Part shown: in pieces, positions 9,999 through 18,607 of the stretch
How the letters are laid out: every line of letters starts with the position of its first letter
How positions within the stretch are numbered: position 1 is the first letter of the stretch
Assembly (NCBI GenBank): GCA_030603745.1
Contig: JAUVXE010000007.1
Location: 43,392 to 107,391, forward strand
Source of the DNA: Coriobacteriia bacterium
Lineage (GTDB): Bacteria; Actinomycetota; Coriobacteriia; Anaerosomatales; SLCP01
Reading direction: 5' to 3'
Length of the DNA stretch: 64,000 bases
Program-made: the position numbers and the translations under genes
The notes under the pieces: model-generated
The model's input: the letters and a program-made list of their open reading frames with translations, nothing else
Told to the model about the DNA's origin: nothing
Database searches by the model: none

Positions 9999-10877
9999 CT
10001 ACTGTCCGGTCGACGCCCTCGCCACGGCGATCAGCGCGTCCCGGTGCTCAGCCGGGTTGCTCGACGAGGTCGAGACCTCGATCAACACCAGGATAGCGCC
10101 GTCGGGGACGGCGACCACCGCGAGACCGTCGCGCGTGCCGAAGTAGGCGTCCTTGGTGCCGACCTTCACGTTCTGTCCGTTGACCGAGTAGTAGGTCCGG
10201 ACCCGCTCGTCCACGCGGCGCTTCACCATCTCGGCGTCCTGGAACTGCTCGACCTCGACCGCGAGGCGTCCCATCTTCCCGCTCGACTCAGGGAGATAGT
10301 CCCTGAACAGGGCGAAGGGGTCGGAGTAGATGCGCTGGCCCACGAATCCGGGGAGGCGGTCGGGGATGTAGTTGACGAGGTTCGCGATGGGGCCCACCGG
10401 CAGTCCGGTATCGTCGCCCGGCGGGGTGGCGCCCGGCGTCTGACCGCCGGTCTGGCCGCCGCTACCGGGGGTCGATGCCGGCGGTGTGGTCGCGCCGGCC
10501 GTCGAGCCGGTCTTGGCGCGCACGTCGGCGAGCAGGGTGCCCGTGTCGCGGTAGGCGCCGTCGCTCGCGGCGATCTCGGCGAGCGCGCGCTCGGCGGCCT
10601 CGAGGTCGCCCTCGGCGATCGCGTCGAGCGCCTCGGCGTAGAGCGCGGCGAGTTTGGTGTGGAGATCGCACGTGATGACCTCGGTGGTCACGCCATGGTC
10701 GGCGACCTGGTCGACCGGGACCTCGATCTCCTCGGTGGTGTCGGAGACGATCTCGCCCTGGGTGCAGATCACGACCTCACCGGTCTGGACGGTGACCATC
10801 TGCTTCCGGCAACCGGGAACGACCGCCAGTCCGGCCACGAGCGCGAGAACGAGTACGAGCTTCCAGATGTGCCTCAT
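9999..10877 (-). CDS. Lipoprotein of unknown function
   Basis: Real gene inside the artefactual 9999..12005 ORF. ATG 10877 follows an AGGAGG RBS. A lipobox is present (LVLALVAGLAVVPGC), as is a Thr/Pro/Gly linker (GATTPPASTPGSGGQTGGQTPGATPPG). Its start overlaps the upstream stop by 4 nt (ATGA). Confidence 0.75.
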   Translation of the reverse strand: MRHIWKLVLVLALVAGLAVVPGCRKQMVTVQTGEVVICTQGEIVSDTTEEIEVPVDQVADHGVTTEVITCDLHTKLAALYAEALDAIAEGDLEAAERALAEIAASDGAYRDTGTLLADVRAKTGSTAGATTPPASTPGSGGQTGGQTPGATPPGDDTGLPVGPIANLVNYIPDRLPGFVGQRIYSDPFALFRDYLPESSGKMGRLAVEVEQFQDAEMVKRRVDERVRTYYSVNGQNVKVGTKDAYFGTRDGLAVVAVPDGAILVLIEVSTSSSNPAEHRDALIAVARASTGQ

Positions 10878-12424
10878 CGATCCTGACCTCCTGCGGTACC
10901 CGCTGATGCGTCGGTGCCCGCCGTGTGAGCGAGCATGCGGCGTGCCGAGATCCAGGCGAGCGCGCATGCCGCAAGTGCCAGGGCCGCAAGCTGCGCCGGT
11001 GCCGGAACCGGCGTGAACACTATCGTCGCATACTCGGACCCGTAGTCCTGCTGTACCTGGGGCGGAATCCACCTCATCCACACATGCAGGGGGGTGAACG
11101 CGAGTGACGCGTGGCCTCCCAGCGCCGTCAGGGCGCCGAGGAGACCCGCGAGCGCCTGAGTGCGGGTCGGCGACCCCACCGCGGCGGCGATCGCCACGCA
11201 CGCGACGCTGAACGCAAGCCAGCCTCCCACCGTCTGGACGCCGAGCATCCGGAAGTCTGCGGCGAAGTCCCCGCCCCCGTCGAGCGTCGCCCGCACCGCC
11301 ACTTCGACACCGGGGGACGCGAACGCGACCAGCGCCGAGGCCGCCGCGAGCGACGCGAGAACGAGCGAGAGATGCGGCAGCGGCGCGCGAGCCGGGCGGT
11401 CCGCGCTCCTCGCCGAGTGCCGCCCCGAGCCTCCCGGAACGACGAGCAGGACTACCGCGATCACGATCAGGACGCTCGCCCATCCGGCCGCATCGACCAG
11501 GATCGGCCGCGGGCCGAAGACGCCGGTCGCCTCCTCGACGAAGAGCAGGCTCGTGATCAGCGGCACGGCGAGCATCCAGGCGGCGCCCGCGCGCCGTGGG
11601 CCGGCGTGTATCGCGACGTAGAGCGAGAGCGCGAGCAGCAGCGCACGGCTCGCGGCCGCGGGCAGCACGGACGCGTCGATGAGCGACGCGGAGTCCCATC
11701 CGGCCGCGGGAAGCGCCCATGCGAGCGCGGAGACCAGCGTGCCGACGCCGGAGAGCGTATAGACGAGCGCCGGGCGGTGATCGCGGGCCACGTACACGGC
11801 GACCAGGACCGAGAGCGCCCAGGCGAGCCCCGCGACCACGAACGCGACCTCCTGGGAGGTGTGGGCGACGAAGAGGGAGAGCGAACTCGGCCGCTCCCAG
11901 TTGCCGAGGATCCCCGCGGTGCCCACGACGGCGAGCAGCGCCGCCGACAGGGGCCCGAAGCGACGCTGGCGAAGCGCGGCGCCGAGCACGAGCAGCGCGC
12001 CCCACACGCTCGTCGTCCAGAACGCGACGACGGTGCCGGGCGGCGAATCGGAGTACCTGCTCAGCGCGACGAGCGCCGGCGCGAGCGTCCCGCCGAGCGC
12101 CCCCGCACCGAGAAGCGCTATGGCCCGCGCCCGACCGAGTGACGCGAGCACGCCGCGCCCGGGGAGCCCGCCCATCAGGAAGAGGAGGACCGCCGTGAAC
12201 ACGGCGGTCGCGAGCACGAGCGCGGGGTCCTCGACGAACGGAGTGACGGCCGTCTCGAACACGAAGGTGGCCGCGGCGGCCAGCGCGAGAAGGACCCAGG
12301 CGACGGCGAGCACCACGGTCGAGGGTCGGGGGAGCCGGGTGCGTGCGGATGCGGCAGCAGGGTCAGCCACCGCGGACGTAGGGGAAGGGCCGGGCACTGC
12401 CCGGCCCTTCCCTCGAGTCCACAT
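10874..12424 (-). CDS. Polytopic membrane protein, DMT/EamA-like N-terminal half
   Basis: About 516 aa and almost entirely hydrophobic helices, at least 10 by eye. An EamA-like stretch reads LGGTLAPALVALSRYSDSPPGTVVAFWTTSVWGALLVLGAAL. I chose ATG 12424 because the track start 12469 would overlap the upstream cytochrome gene. The RBS is weak, so the start is uncertain. Confidence 0.65.
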   Translation of the reverse strand: MWTRGKGRAVPGPSPTSAVADPAAASARTRLPRPSTVVLAVAWVLLALAAAATFVFETAVTPFVEDPALVLATAVFTAVLLFLMGGLPGRGVLASLGRARAIALLGAGALGGTLAPALVALSRYSDSPPGTVVAFWTTSVWGALLVLGAALRQRRFGPLSAALLAVVGTAGILGNWERPSSLSLFVAHTSQEVAFVVAGLAWALSVLVAVYVARDHRPALVYTLSGVGTLVSALAWALPAAGWDSASLIDASVLPAAASRALLLALSLYVAIHAGPRRAGAAWMLAVPLITSLLFVEEATGVFGPRPILVDAAGWASVLIVIAVVLLVVPGGSGRHSARSADRPARAPLPHLSLVLASLAAASALVAFASPGVEVAVRATLDGGGDFAADFRMLGVQTVGGWLAFSVACVAIAAAVGSPTRTQALAGLLGALTALGGHASLAFTPLHVWMRWIPPQVQQDYGSEYATIVFTPVPAPAQLAALALAACALAWISARRMLAHTAGTDASAGTAGGQDR

Positions 12425-12453
12425 CGCGCGAACCCGATCTGGTGCTGTTGCGA

Positions 12454-13641
12454 TTACTTGTTGTGGCATTCCTGGCAGACACCACGGTTGTCGAGACGCA
12501 GCAGCGCGTTGCTCTGCGTGGGATCGACGCCACCGTTACCGGAGTCGGGCTCAGGATCGGTGCTGTTCCACACGTTGGCGTAGCCCTCCATCGTGACTGC
12601 GGAGCCGTGCGCAACGTGGCAGGTCAGGCAGTCGACCCAGGAATCCGAGCCGACCACGCCACCATCGGTCGCCAGCGGCACACCGGGGTTACCGATGAGC
12701 GGACGCGGCCCGAGGTAGTTGGACATGGGGACGTTCACCGGGTGACGGTGACGGGTCACCATGCCGAAGCCATCTGCGGCGTCGTAGGCGCCGGCGGGAT
12801 CGATGGTCCTGACCTTGTAGCCGTCAGCGTCGTACACGCCGACGTTGGTGGTGCCGGACTCGACCACGTACTGCGTGTGGCACGCCGCACACCAGTTGCT
12901 GATGCCCTTGTTGGCATCGCCGCCGGGCGCCTTGGCGTACTGCGGGGTGGTGTAGTTCGGCTCGTAGTCGTTCATCTGCGCCGCGCCGGGCTCGTGGAGG
13001 AGCCAGCCGCCGGCCGGATAGTTGGTCTCGTTCGAGATCACGTACGGGGTGGGAGTGAACTCACCCGGCACGAGCTCGTCGTAACCGCCGACCCGCACGC
13101 CGTTCACGACATCCTTGAGGATGCGGTAGTTGGAGCTACCGTGCACGTCGTGGCAGGAGGTGCAGCTCATCGGGATGGCGGGACCCGCACCCGTGCTGAA
13201 CGGGAAGGGACCGCCGTCGGGGCCACCGCCCCACGCCGGCCAGGAGCCTGCGACCGAGTGCTTGCTGTCGCCGACGCCGTGCTCGTTGTTCAGGTCGAAA
13301 AGACCCGAGTTCAACGGAGCACCGAGGTCGCCCCACTCGTCACTCTCGTAGACACCGTCGACCACGTTGGTGGCCGCACCGGCGGCAGCGGAGCCGTGGC
13401 AGGTCAGGCAGAACTCGTAGACCTCGTCGGCGGTGGAGATGAGCAGGGCGCTGCGCTGCTCGTTCGCGCTGTTCGTCCACGTGATGGGACTCGCAGCAGT
13501 GTGGGCCCGGTGGCAACCGGCGCATGCGTCGGTGTCCATCGAGTAGCCACCGTGGATCGCGAAGTTAGCGAGCGCGATGCCGGGGGTGAGCATGACCGCC
13601 GCCACAACGGCGATCGCGAATGCGATTGACAGCTTCCGCAT
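12454..13641 (-). CDS. OmcS-like secreted hexaheme c-type cytochrome
   Basis: Six CxxCH motifs: CAGCH, CLTCH, CTSCH, CAACH, CLTCH, CQECH. The signal peptide is AVVAAVMLTPGIALA. Motif order and flanks recall Geobacter OmcS. These are the mature N-terminus NFAIHGG..CAGCHRAH, CTSCHDVHGSSNYRIL, NWCAACHT...RHRHP, CLTCHVAHGS and the C-terminal CQECHNK. ATG 13641 follows a GAGAGAGGGG RBS; the track start GTG 13650 overlaps the fdnH-like stop. Confidence 0.8.
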   Translation of the reverse strand: MRKLSIAFAIAVVAAVMLTPGIALANFAIHGGYSMDTDACAGCHRAHTAASPITWTNSANEQRSALLISTADEVYEFCLTCHGSAAAGAATNVVDGVYESDEWGDLGAPLNSGLFDLNNEHGVGDSKHSVAGSWPAWGGGPDGGPFPFSTGAGPAIPMSCTSCHDVHGSSNYRILKDVVNGVRVGGYDELVPGEFTPTPYVISNETNYPAGGWLLHEPGAAQMNDYEPNYTTPQYAKAPGGDANKGISNWCAACHTQYVVESGTTNVGVYDADGYKVRTIDPAGAYDAADGFGMVTRHRHPVNVPMSNYLGPRPLIGNPGVPLATDGGVVGSDSWVDCLTCHVAHGSAVTMEGYANVWNSTDPEPDSGNGGVDPTQSNALLRLDNRGVCQECHNK

Positions 13642-13646
13642 ACCTA

Positions 13647-14507
13647 TCACCCCTCTCTCATTCCGGCCGACTCTTCCATGTTCCGCTGACGGCGGGCGAT
13701 CACCGCGAGCAGGCCACCGGCGAAGATCGTCGGCACGAGCGCTGCCTTGGCGAACGGGCTGTTCAGCAGGTTCGACACCATCGGCGTGATGTGATCCTCG
13801 ACGAACGGATCAGCCTTGGGCTGTACGAGCAGGGCGGTCTTGCTTGCCCAGACCATACTACCATCGCCGTGTGCCGACAGGTAGCCGTTGGCGGGGTTGC
13901 TCACCCACGCGACGACCGCGTCGCGCGTGTCCCACTTCATGGCCTTGGCCGGGCAGGTGTAGACGCAGCTCGGCTCGTGGTCCATCTCGGGGATCGCGGG
14001 GCTACCCGGCAGCCGCTGGCCGTTGGTGGGCAGCGGGTTGCCGTAGGCGACGCCGCGCTGCGTGGTGGCAGCGGCGATGTCGGCATCGGAACCGGCGCGG
14101 CCCCAGCACAGGGTGCACTTCCACGACTTCGAGGCGGCGAACAGGTCGCTACCTTCGCCGACCTTGGGATAGCCGGAGCGCTTGCAGTCCACCACGCACT
14201 GACGGTTGCACTGGCTCGGGTTGCACTTGTCGGGATCGATCGACACCGCGCCGTTGGCCTGCTTGGTCAGCGCCTTGAACGGGCACCGGCGGACGCAGGG
14301 CGGATCGGGACAGTGCCAGCAGCTGAAGCGGACGAACGGACCCATGTCCACGCGCTTCTGGGACTTGATCATGACTCGCGTCCCCGGATCGACCTTGTGG
14401 ACGCCGTCGCTGAGCGCCTTCATCTGCCAGGTACGCTTGCAGCTGATGACGCAACCGCTGCATCGGACACACCTGTCGACATCCTGGAATACTGCCATCC
14501 TAGTCAT
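13647..14507 (-). CDS. FdnH-like 4x[4Fe-4S] electron-transfer subunit with C-terminal membrane anchor
   Basis: 286 aa with ferredoxin-type Cys clusters (CVRCSGCVISC, CWHCPDPPCVRRCP, CNRQCVVDC, CTLCWGR, CVYTCP). A C-terminal TM helix is present (ALVPTIFAGGLLAVIA). An AAGGAGGTG RBS precedes the start, which lies 14 nt after the fdnG-like stop. Confidence 0.85.
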   Translation of the reverse strand: MTRMAVFQDVDRCVRCSGCVISCKRTWQMKALSDGVHKVDPGTRVMIKSQKRVDMGPFVRFSCWHCPDPPCVRRCPFKALTKQANGAVSIDPDKCNPSQCNRQCVVDCKRSGYPKVGEGSDLFAASKSWKCTLCWGRAGSDADIAAATTQRGVAYGNPLPTNGQRLPGSPAIPEMDHEPSCVYTCPAKAMKWDTRDAVVAWVSNPANGYLSAHGDGSMVWASKTALLVQPKADPFVEDHITPMVSNLLNSPFAKAALVPTIFAGGLLAVIARRQRNMEESAGMREG

Positions 14508-14521
14508 CGTTCACCACCTCC

Positions 14522-17500
14522 TTATGCCTTCTCGATCCTGCAGGTGCAGGCCTTGTACTCGGGGATTCGGGTGTTCGCATCGAACGCGTCGATGCACAGG
14601 TCGTTCGCCCGGCTACCGGTCGAGAGACCCTTGTCGCCCCAGTGCCACGGGATGGCGACCACGCCGCGACCGACCCGCTGGTTGCTGCTCGCACCCACGC
14701 CCACCCGGGCGATGAAGCCCTTCGCGAAGACCTCACCCTCGGTGCGGCCCTCCTGGTCGCTCGTGCTGTTGCTGCGAGCGGTGACGATGTTGACCATGTC
14801 GCCCGTCTTGATCTGGTACGTCGCCGCGTCTGCGGAGTTGATCTCGATCCACGGAGTGGGCTCGATCTCGACGTTCCATGGGTTGTTGCGGGTGATCGGT
14901 CCGCCCTGGAAGTGCTCGACGCACCGGATCGTGGTCAGCACGAGCGGGAACTGGGTCGGATCGGCGGTCGGTCCGGGGTAGCTCGCATCGGACGTCGCGA
15001 TCGTGGTGCCGCTGTAGCCGCCGTTGTCCGAGTTGCCGCTGTGGATGAGGTCCCACTTGGCGACGCCACGCGTGTTGCGGCCCCAGAGCGCCGCAAGATC
15101 CTCGCGCGGAGTCTCATAGGGCTCGGTGTGGCCAGGGAAGCGGCCGGAGTAGCTGAGCCCGGGTGAGACGTAGTGCGGGCTTGCGGGGTTCGAGGTCGCC
15201 GGCAGGACCACGTCGGGACGGTCGGCGAGACCGTGCACGAAGCGCCACCAGCGGGAGTAGTGGATCGTGGCCGGCTGGGCGGGCACGAAGAGGCGTGCCA
15301 CCGAGTCGGGGGTCATGTAGTAGTCGACCACGTCGCCCGGGATGTCCAGGTTGTTGTAGAGGACACGACGGTTGACGAGCCACGAGTAGCCCCACGCCGG
15401 GTAGGCGTACGTCTGGTTCGGGTCCGCGTTGTTGCGGCTCTTGGCCCGGTTGTCGACCGCCCAGTTGCCCTGACCGACATGCACGTTGGTGCTGCGGGTG
15501 GAGTCCCACGCGCCGGTGTAGAGCCACATGGTGCCGCCCGTGTAGACGGGGCGGGTGCACTGGATGTAGAGCGACTCGGCGACGAGCTCGGAACCGTAGA
15601 CGGTCGCGGACTCGGGTGCCGTCTTGTTGGCATACCACATCTCGGTGGTATCGGAACGGTCCTCGAAGGCCACGGCATCGGCCGGGCTCCAGCCGTGCTG
15701 GTCCTTGTAGAGCTTGTTGTAGACCGCGGTGTCGGCCGGGTTGTTGGAGACGCCCCAGTTGAGCGGAGCGCTGTTCCACACCGCACGGATGTGGCTGAAC
15801 GCGTCGGCCTTGTCGAACGCGTACGCGAGCCTCAGCAGAAGCTCGAGGTCGGCCTTCGAGTTGCCCACCGGGGCGATGGCCCGCTCGCGCCACTGGAGCA
15901 CGCGACCGGAGTTGGCGGTCGAGCCTGCTTCCTCGACGTGGGAACACGCCGGGAGGAGGTAGGTGACGCCGTCGCTCTTGCGCTTGGCCGCCGAGGTCTC
16001 GGTGTCGAACATGTCCACGACCACGAGGACGTCGAGCTCCTCGAGGCCGTCGCGGACGTACTTCTGGTTGGGCTCGGTGACCGCGGGGTTCTGTCCCCAC
16101 ACGACGCATCCCTTGATCTGGCCGGCGGCCATCTTGCGGAACATCGTGATGTGGTCGTCACCGTTGGTCTTGGGCCACAGGTTGTAGATCGCGTCGACCG
16201 CGGCGCGCTTGGCGGCCTTGGCTGCGGCGTCGTTGAACGGCATCGCGTCGATGACGTCGAAGTCGCCGAACCACTTGAGGGTCATGTTGTAGAACCCGCG
16301 ACCCTGCAGGCCGTGGGTGGCGTTGTCCAGCGCCCCGGCCTCGGTCCTGGTGCGATAGGCATCCTCGTACGAGTCGTTCATGACCTGACGGCCGTTGGCG
16401 CCCCGGACGGGGAGACCCCAGAGGCGGTCCATGTACTTGCCGAACGCGTTCGCGTCGTTCATCGCGGGGGTGGCGTGCCCGTAGGCCATGAGGCCGGGGT
16501 TGCCGGAGTAACCCGGGATGAGGTGCTGCAGCACACCCATGTCGGTCGAACCCTGCACGTTGTGGATGCCGCGCAGCGCGTTGATCGCGCCACCGGCGCG
16601 ACCGACGTTGCCGGTCAGCGCCATGAGCGTGGCGAACGCTTTGACGTTCTGCGAGCCGTGGGTGTGCTGGGTGAGGCCCATCGCGTAGAGCATCTGGGTC
16701 GCACGGTAGTTCGCCTTGTCACGCGGGTCCTGCTGGCGGTCGGACGCGCCGACGACCGGCTGACCGGTGAGGTACGAGCTCATCGCGCGGCTGTTGTCCA
16801 CGTACGCCTGGGCCACGAAGAGGAGCTCCTCCTCGGTGCAGCCGCAGATGTTCGCGACGACGCTCGGGGTGTAGGCCGCGACGTGCGCCTTCAGCGCGCT
16901 GTACGCGGTACCGGCGTCACGGCAGTCGCCCGCCTTGACCGGCAGGAACTCGACGGCGGTGGCGTCCGGGTCGCCCGGATCGGCCTTGTAGTCGAAGCGC
17001 TCGTAGTCGGTGCCGGCCGAGTTCACCACGAACCGGGCGTCGGTGTACTTCGAGCCGCCCGGCACGAACCTGAGCGTGCTCGGCGTGGTCTCGTCACCGA
17101 TGTTGAAGAACTGGTTGCGAGTCGTGTCGGTGTCGCTGCTCTGAGTCTCGTTGAGGAACTCGAAGAACAGGTCGCGGACCGGCTGCGGCACGCTGCCCGA
17201 GAGACCCTCCATGCGACGGATGACCTCGCGGACGAGGCCCATCACGAAGGCGATGTCGGTTCCCGGACGGATGCGGATGAAACGGCCGCCCTTCTGCTCG
17301 GCAAGGACCGCGGTGCGGGTCTTGCGAGGATCGATGACGATCATCTTGGCAGCGGGGCGCTCGTCATGCGCGCGGAGGATGTGGGCGATGCTCGCCGGAT
17401 GGTTCTCGACGGCGTTGGAGCCCATGAACACGAACAGCGTCGAGTTCGCCATGTCGGCCCAGTTGTTCGTCATGGCGCCTCGTCCGAATGCGGCGGCCAG

Positions 17501-18157
17501 ACCGGCCACCGTGGACGAGTGTCATATACGTGCCTGGTGCTCGATGTTGCTCGTGCCGAAGTTCGCGATCACCTTGCGGTAGAGGTTGTTCTGCTCGTTG
17601 TTGAGGTGCGACGAGCCGAAGAACGCAACCGACTTGGAGTTGTGGCCGTTGGCCGGGGTGACGTCACCGCGAGCGTCCTTCATCGCGAGGGCGATCTCGT
17701 CCATCGCGGTGGCCAGCGGGATCTTGTCCCAGTCGTCGTTGCCGGTGCGCTTGTACGCCACGCCGTCCGTGAAAGACGGGTCGTAGGCGAACTTCGGGTT
17801 GGCCGGGTGCGGACCCGGGTAGGCGCCGAGGCGCCGCGAGTTCGTCACCAGCTGGAACGTGCCTGCGCCCTTGGCGCACAGGCCGCCTGCGTTCCACGGA
17901 GCCATGTGGTCGCCGTAGACATCGAGCACGTTACCGTCGGCGTCGATGTCGACGAGCTGGCCACAGCTCGCGGAGCAGTACGGACAGGTGGTGTGGTAAG
18001 TGTGGTCCACTTCAGCTGCGTTAGCGCTCGAAGGCGCGGCGGCGAACTCGAGACCCGCTGCTCCTACCGCAGCGGTTGCCGCGCCTGCCTTCAAGAACTG
18101 ACGACGAGTCAGCTGCAGACCCTTACCTCCATCCTGGTCCTTATCAAGTTTACCCAT
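14522..18157 (-). CDS. Tat-exported selenocysteine-containing molybdo/tungstopterin oxidoreductase, FdnG-like formate dehydrogenase catalytic subunit (1211 codons, Sec at codon 212)
   Basis: Track ORFs 17522..18157 and 14522..17509 are in the same frame, joined through TGA at 17522..17524. Read-through gives [33 protein letters not shown], matching the FdnG/FdhF Sec active-site context. A twin-arginine signal (TRRQFLKAGAATAAV) and an N-terminal 4Fe-4S motif (CPYCSASCG...CAKG) are present. A SECIS hairpin lies directly downstream. Confidence 0.9.
17481..17517 (-). promoter_or_regulatory. Bacterial SECIS stem-loop for the fdnG-like TGA
   Basis: The mRNA reads UGA CAC UCG UCC ACG GUG GCC GGU CUG GCC GCC GCA UUC GGA CG. 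The lower stem is CGUCC/GGACG and the upper stem GGUGGCC/GGCCGCC, with apical loop GGUCU. Counting U of UGA as 1, U17 and G23-U24 fall in the same register I recall for the E. coli fdhF SECIS. Confidence 0.8.
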
Positions 18158-18285
18158 GCTTCTTCCCTCTCTTAGGTTCCGCGGTCCTCGAAGGATTTCG
18201 AGACCTCGCGAATACGGAGCGTGACCCGGGGCGGATCACCGAACACGTCGTGGCTTCGACCTCCCTTCCCGTGCAGACAGAGGGG

Positions 18286-18345
18286 GTGAGAAAAGGAAAA
18301 GACCGACGACAGACAGAGCGCGGACGCCCTGAAAGCGGTCGGTCT
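18286..18345 (-). terminator. Candidate riboswitch expression platform (terminator hairpin plus U-tract with competing alternative pairing)
   Basis: The mRNA reads GAGACAGAugaAGACCGAC...UCUGUCUgucGUCGGUCUUUUCCUUUUCU. AAGACCGAC/GUCGGUCUU pairing is followed by a U-rich tract. The interleaved GACAGA/UCUGUC pairing is mutually exclusive with it. Confidence 0.45.
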
Positions 18346-18420
18346 TCATCTGTCTCGCCTCCCTTACCCCGTACACCGATGGGACGGACCCCATTGCCGG
18401 GAGGTCCGCCACAGCACCAG

Positions 18421-18530
18421 TCTCCTTTCCAAGGTCCGGAAGGACGGGAGGCGCCAGGGTTTCCCCGGACACCCTATCGGCCGCGGCGCCATGGCTTTCG
18501 CGGTAGGCGTCCGGGGCTCGGAGACGATGT
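18421..18530 (-). promoter_or_regulatory. Moco/Tuco-type riboswitch aptamer candidate in the 5' leader of the fdnG-like operon
   Basis: The mRNA reads CUCCGAGCCCCGGACGCCUACC...CCGAUAGGGUGUCCGGGGAAACCCUGGCGCCUCCCGUCC...GGAAAGGAGA. It shares five ordered sequence blocks with the tupA leader at 36403..36510. Closing helix: UCUCC...GGAGA. Confidence 0.6.
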
Positions 18531-18576
18531 TCCATTTTCACGGTCCGCGGGACGTTGCCGGTCGATCCCGGGACCC

Positions 18577-18592
18577 TGTAACAATTGTTACA
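18577..18592. promoter_or_regulatory. Perfect 16-bp palindromic operator TGTAACAATTGTTACA (site A)
   Basis: The palindrome is perfect. It lies 15 nt downstream of the predicted -10 box, at roughly +9..+24. Related copies occur at 26076..26091 and 33648..33663. Confidence 0.6.
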
Positions 18593-18607
18593 ATACGCTC
18601 ACTCGCA

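Noticed and set aside
9999-12005. 668-aa minus-strand ORF spanning the lipoprotein and much of the neighbouring membrane-protein gene.
   Set aside because: Only the last 292 codons look real, with an AGGAGG RBS, lipobox and normal composition. The upstream part is an Arg/Gly-rich out-of-frame read through the DMT-like gene, which has convincing TM helices in its own frame.
17510-17524. Apparent break of the molybdopterin subunit into two ORFs, suggesting a pseudogene or frameshift.
   Set aside because: The two ORFs are in the same frame and separated only by a TGA. That TGA falls exactly at the conserved Sec position and is followed by a canonical SECIS. The window also encodes selABCD, so this is recoding, not decay.
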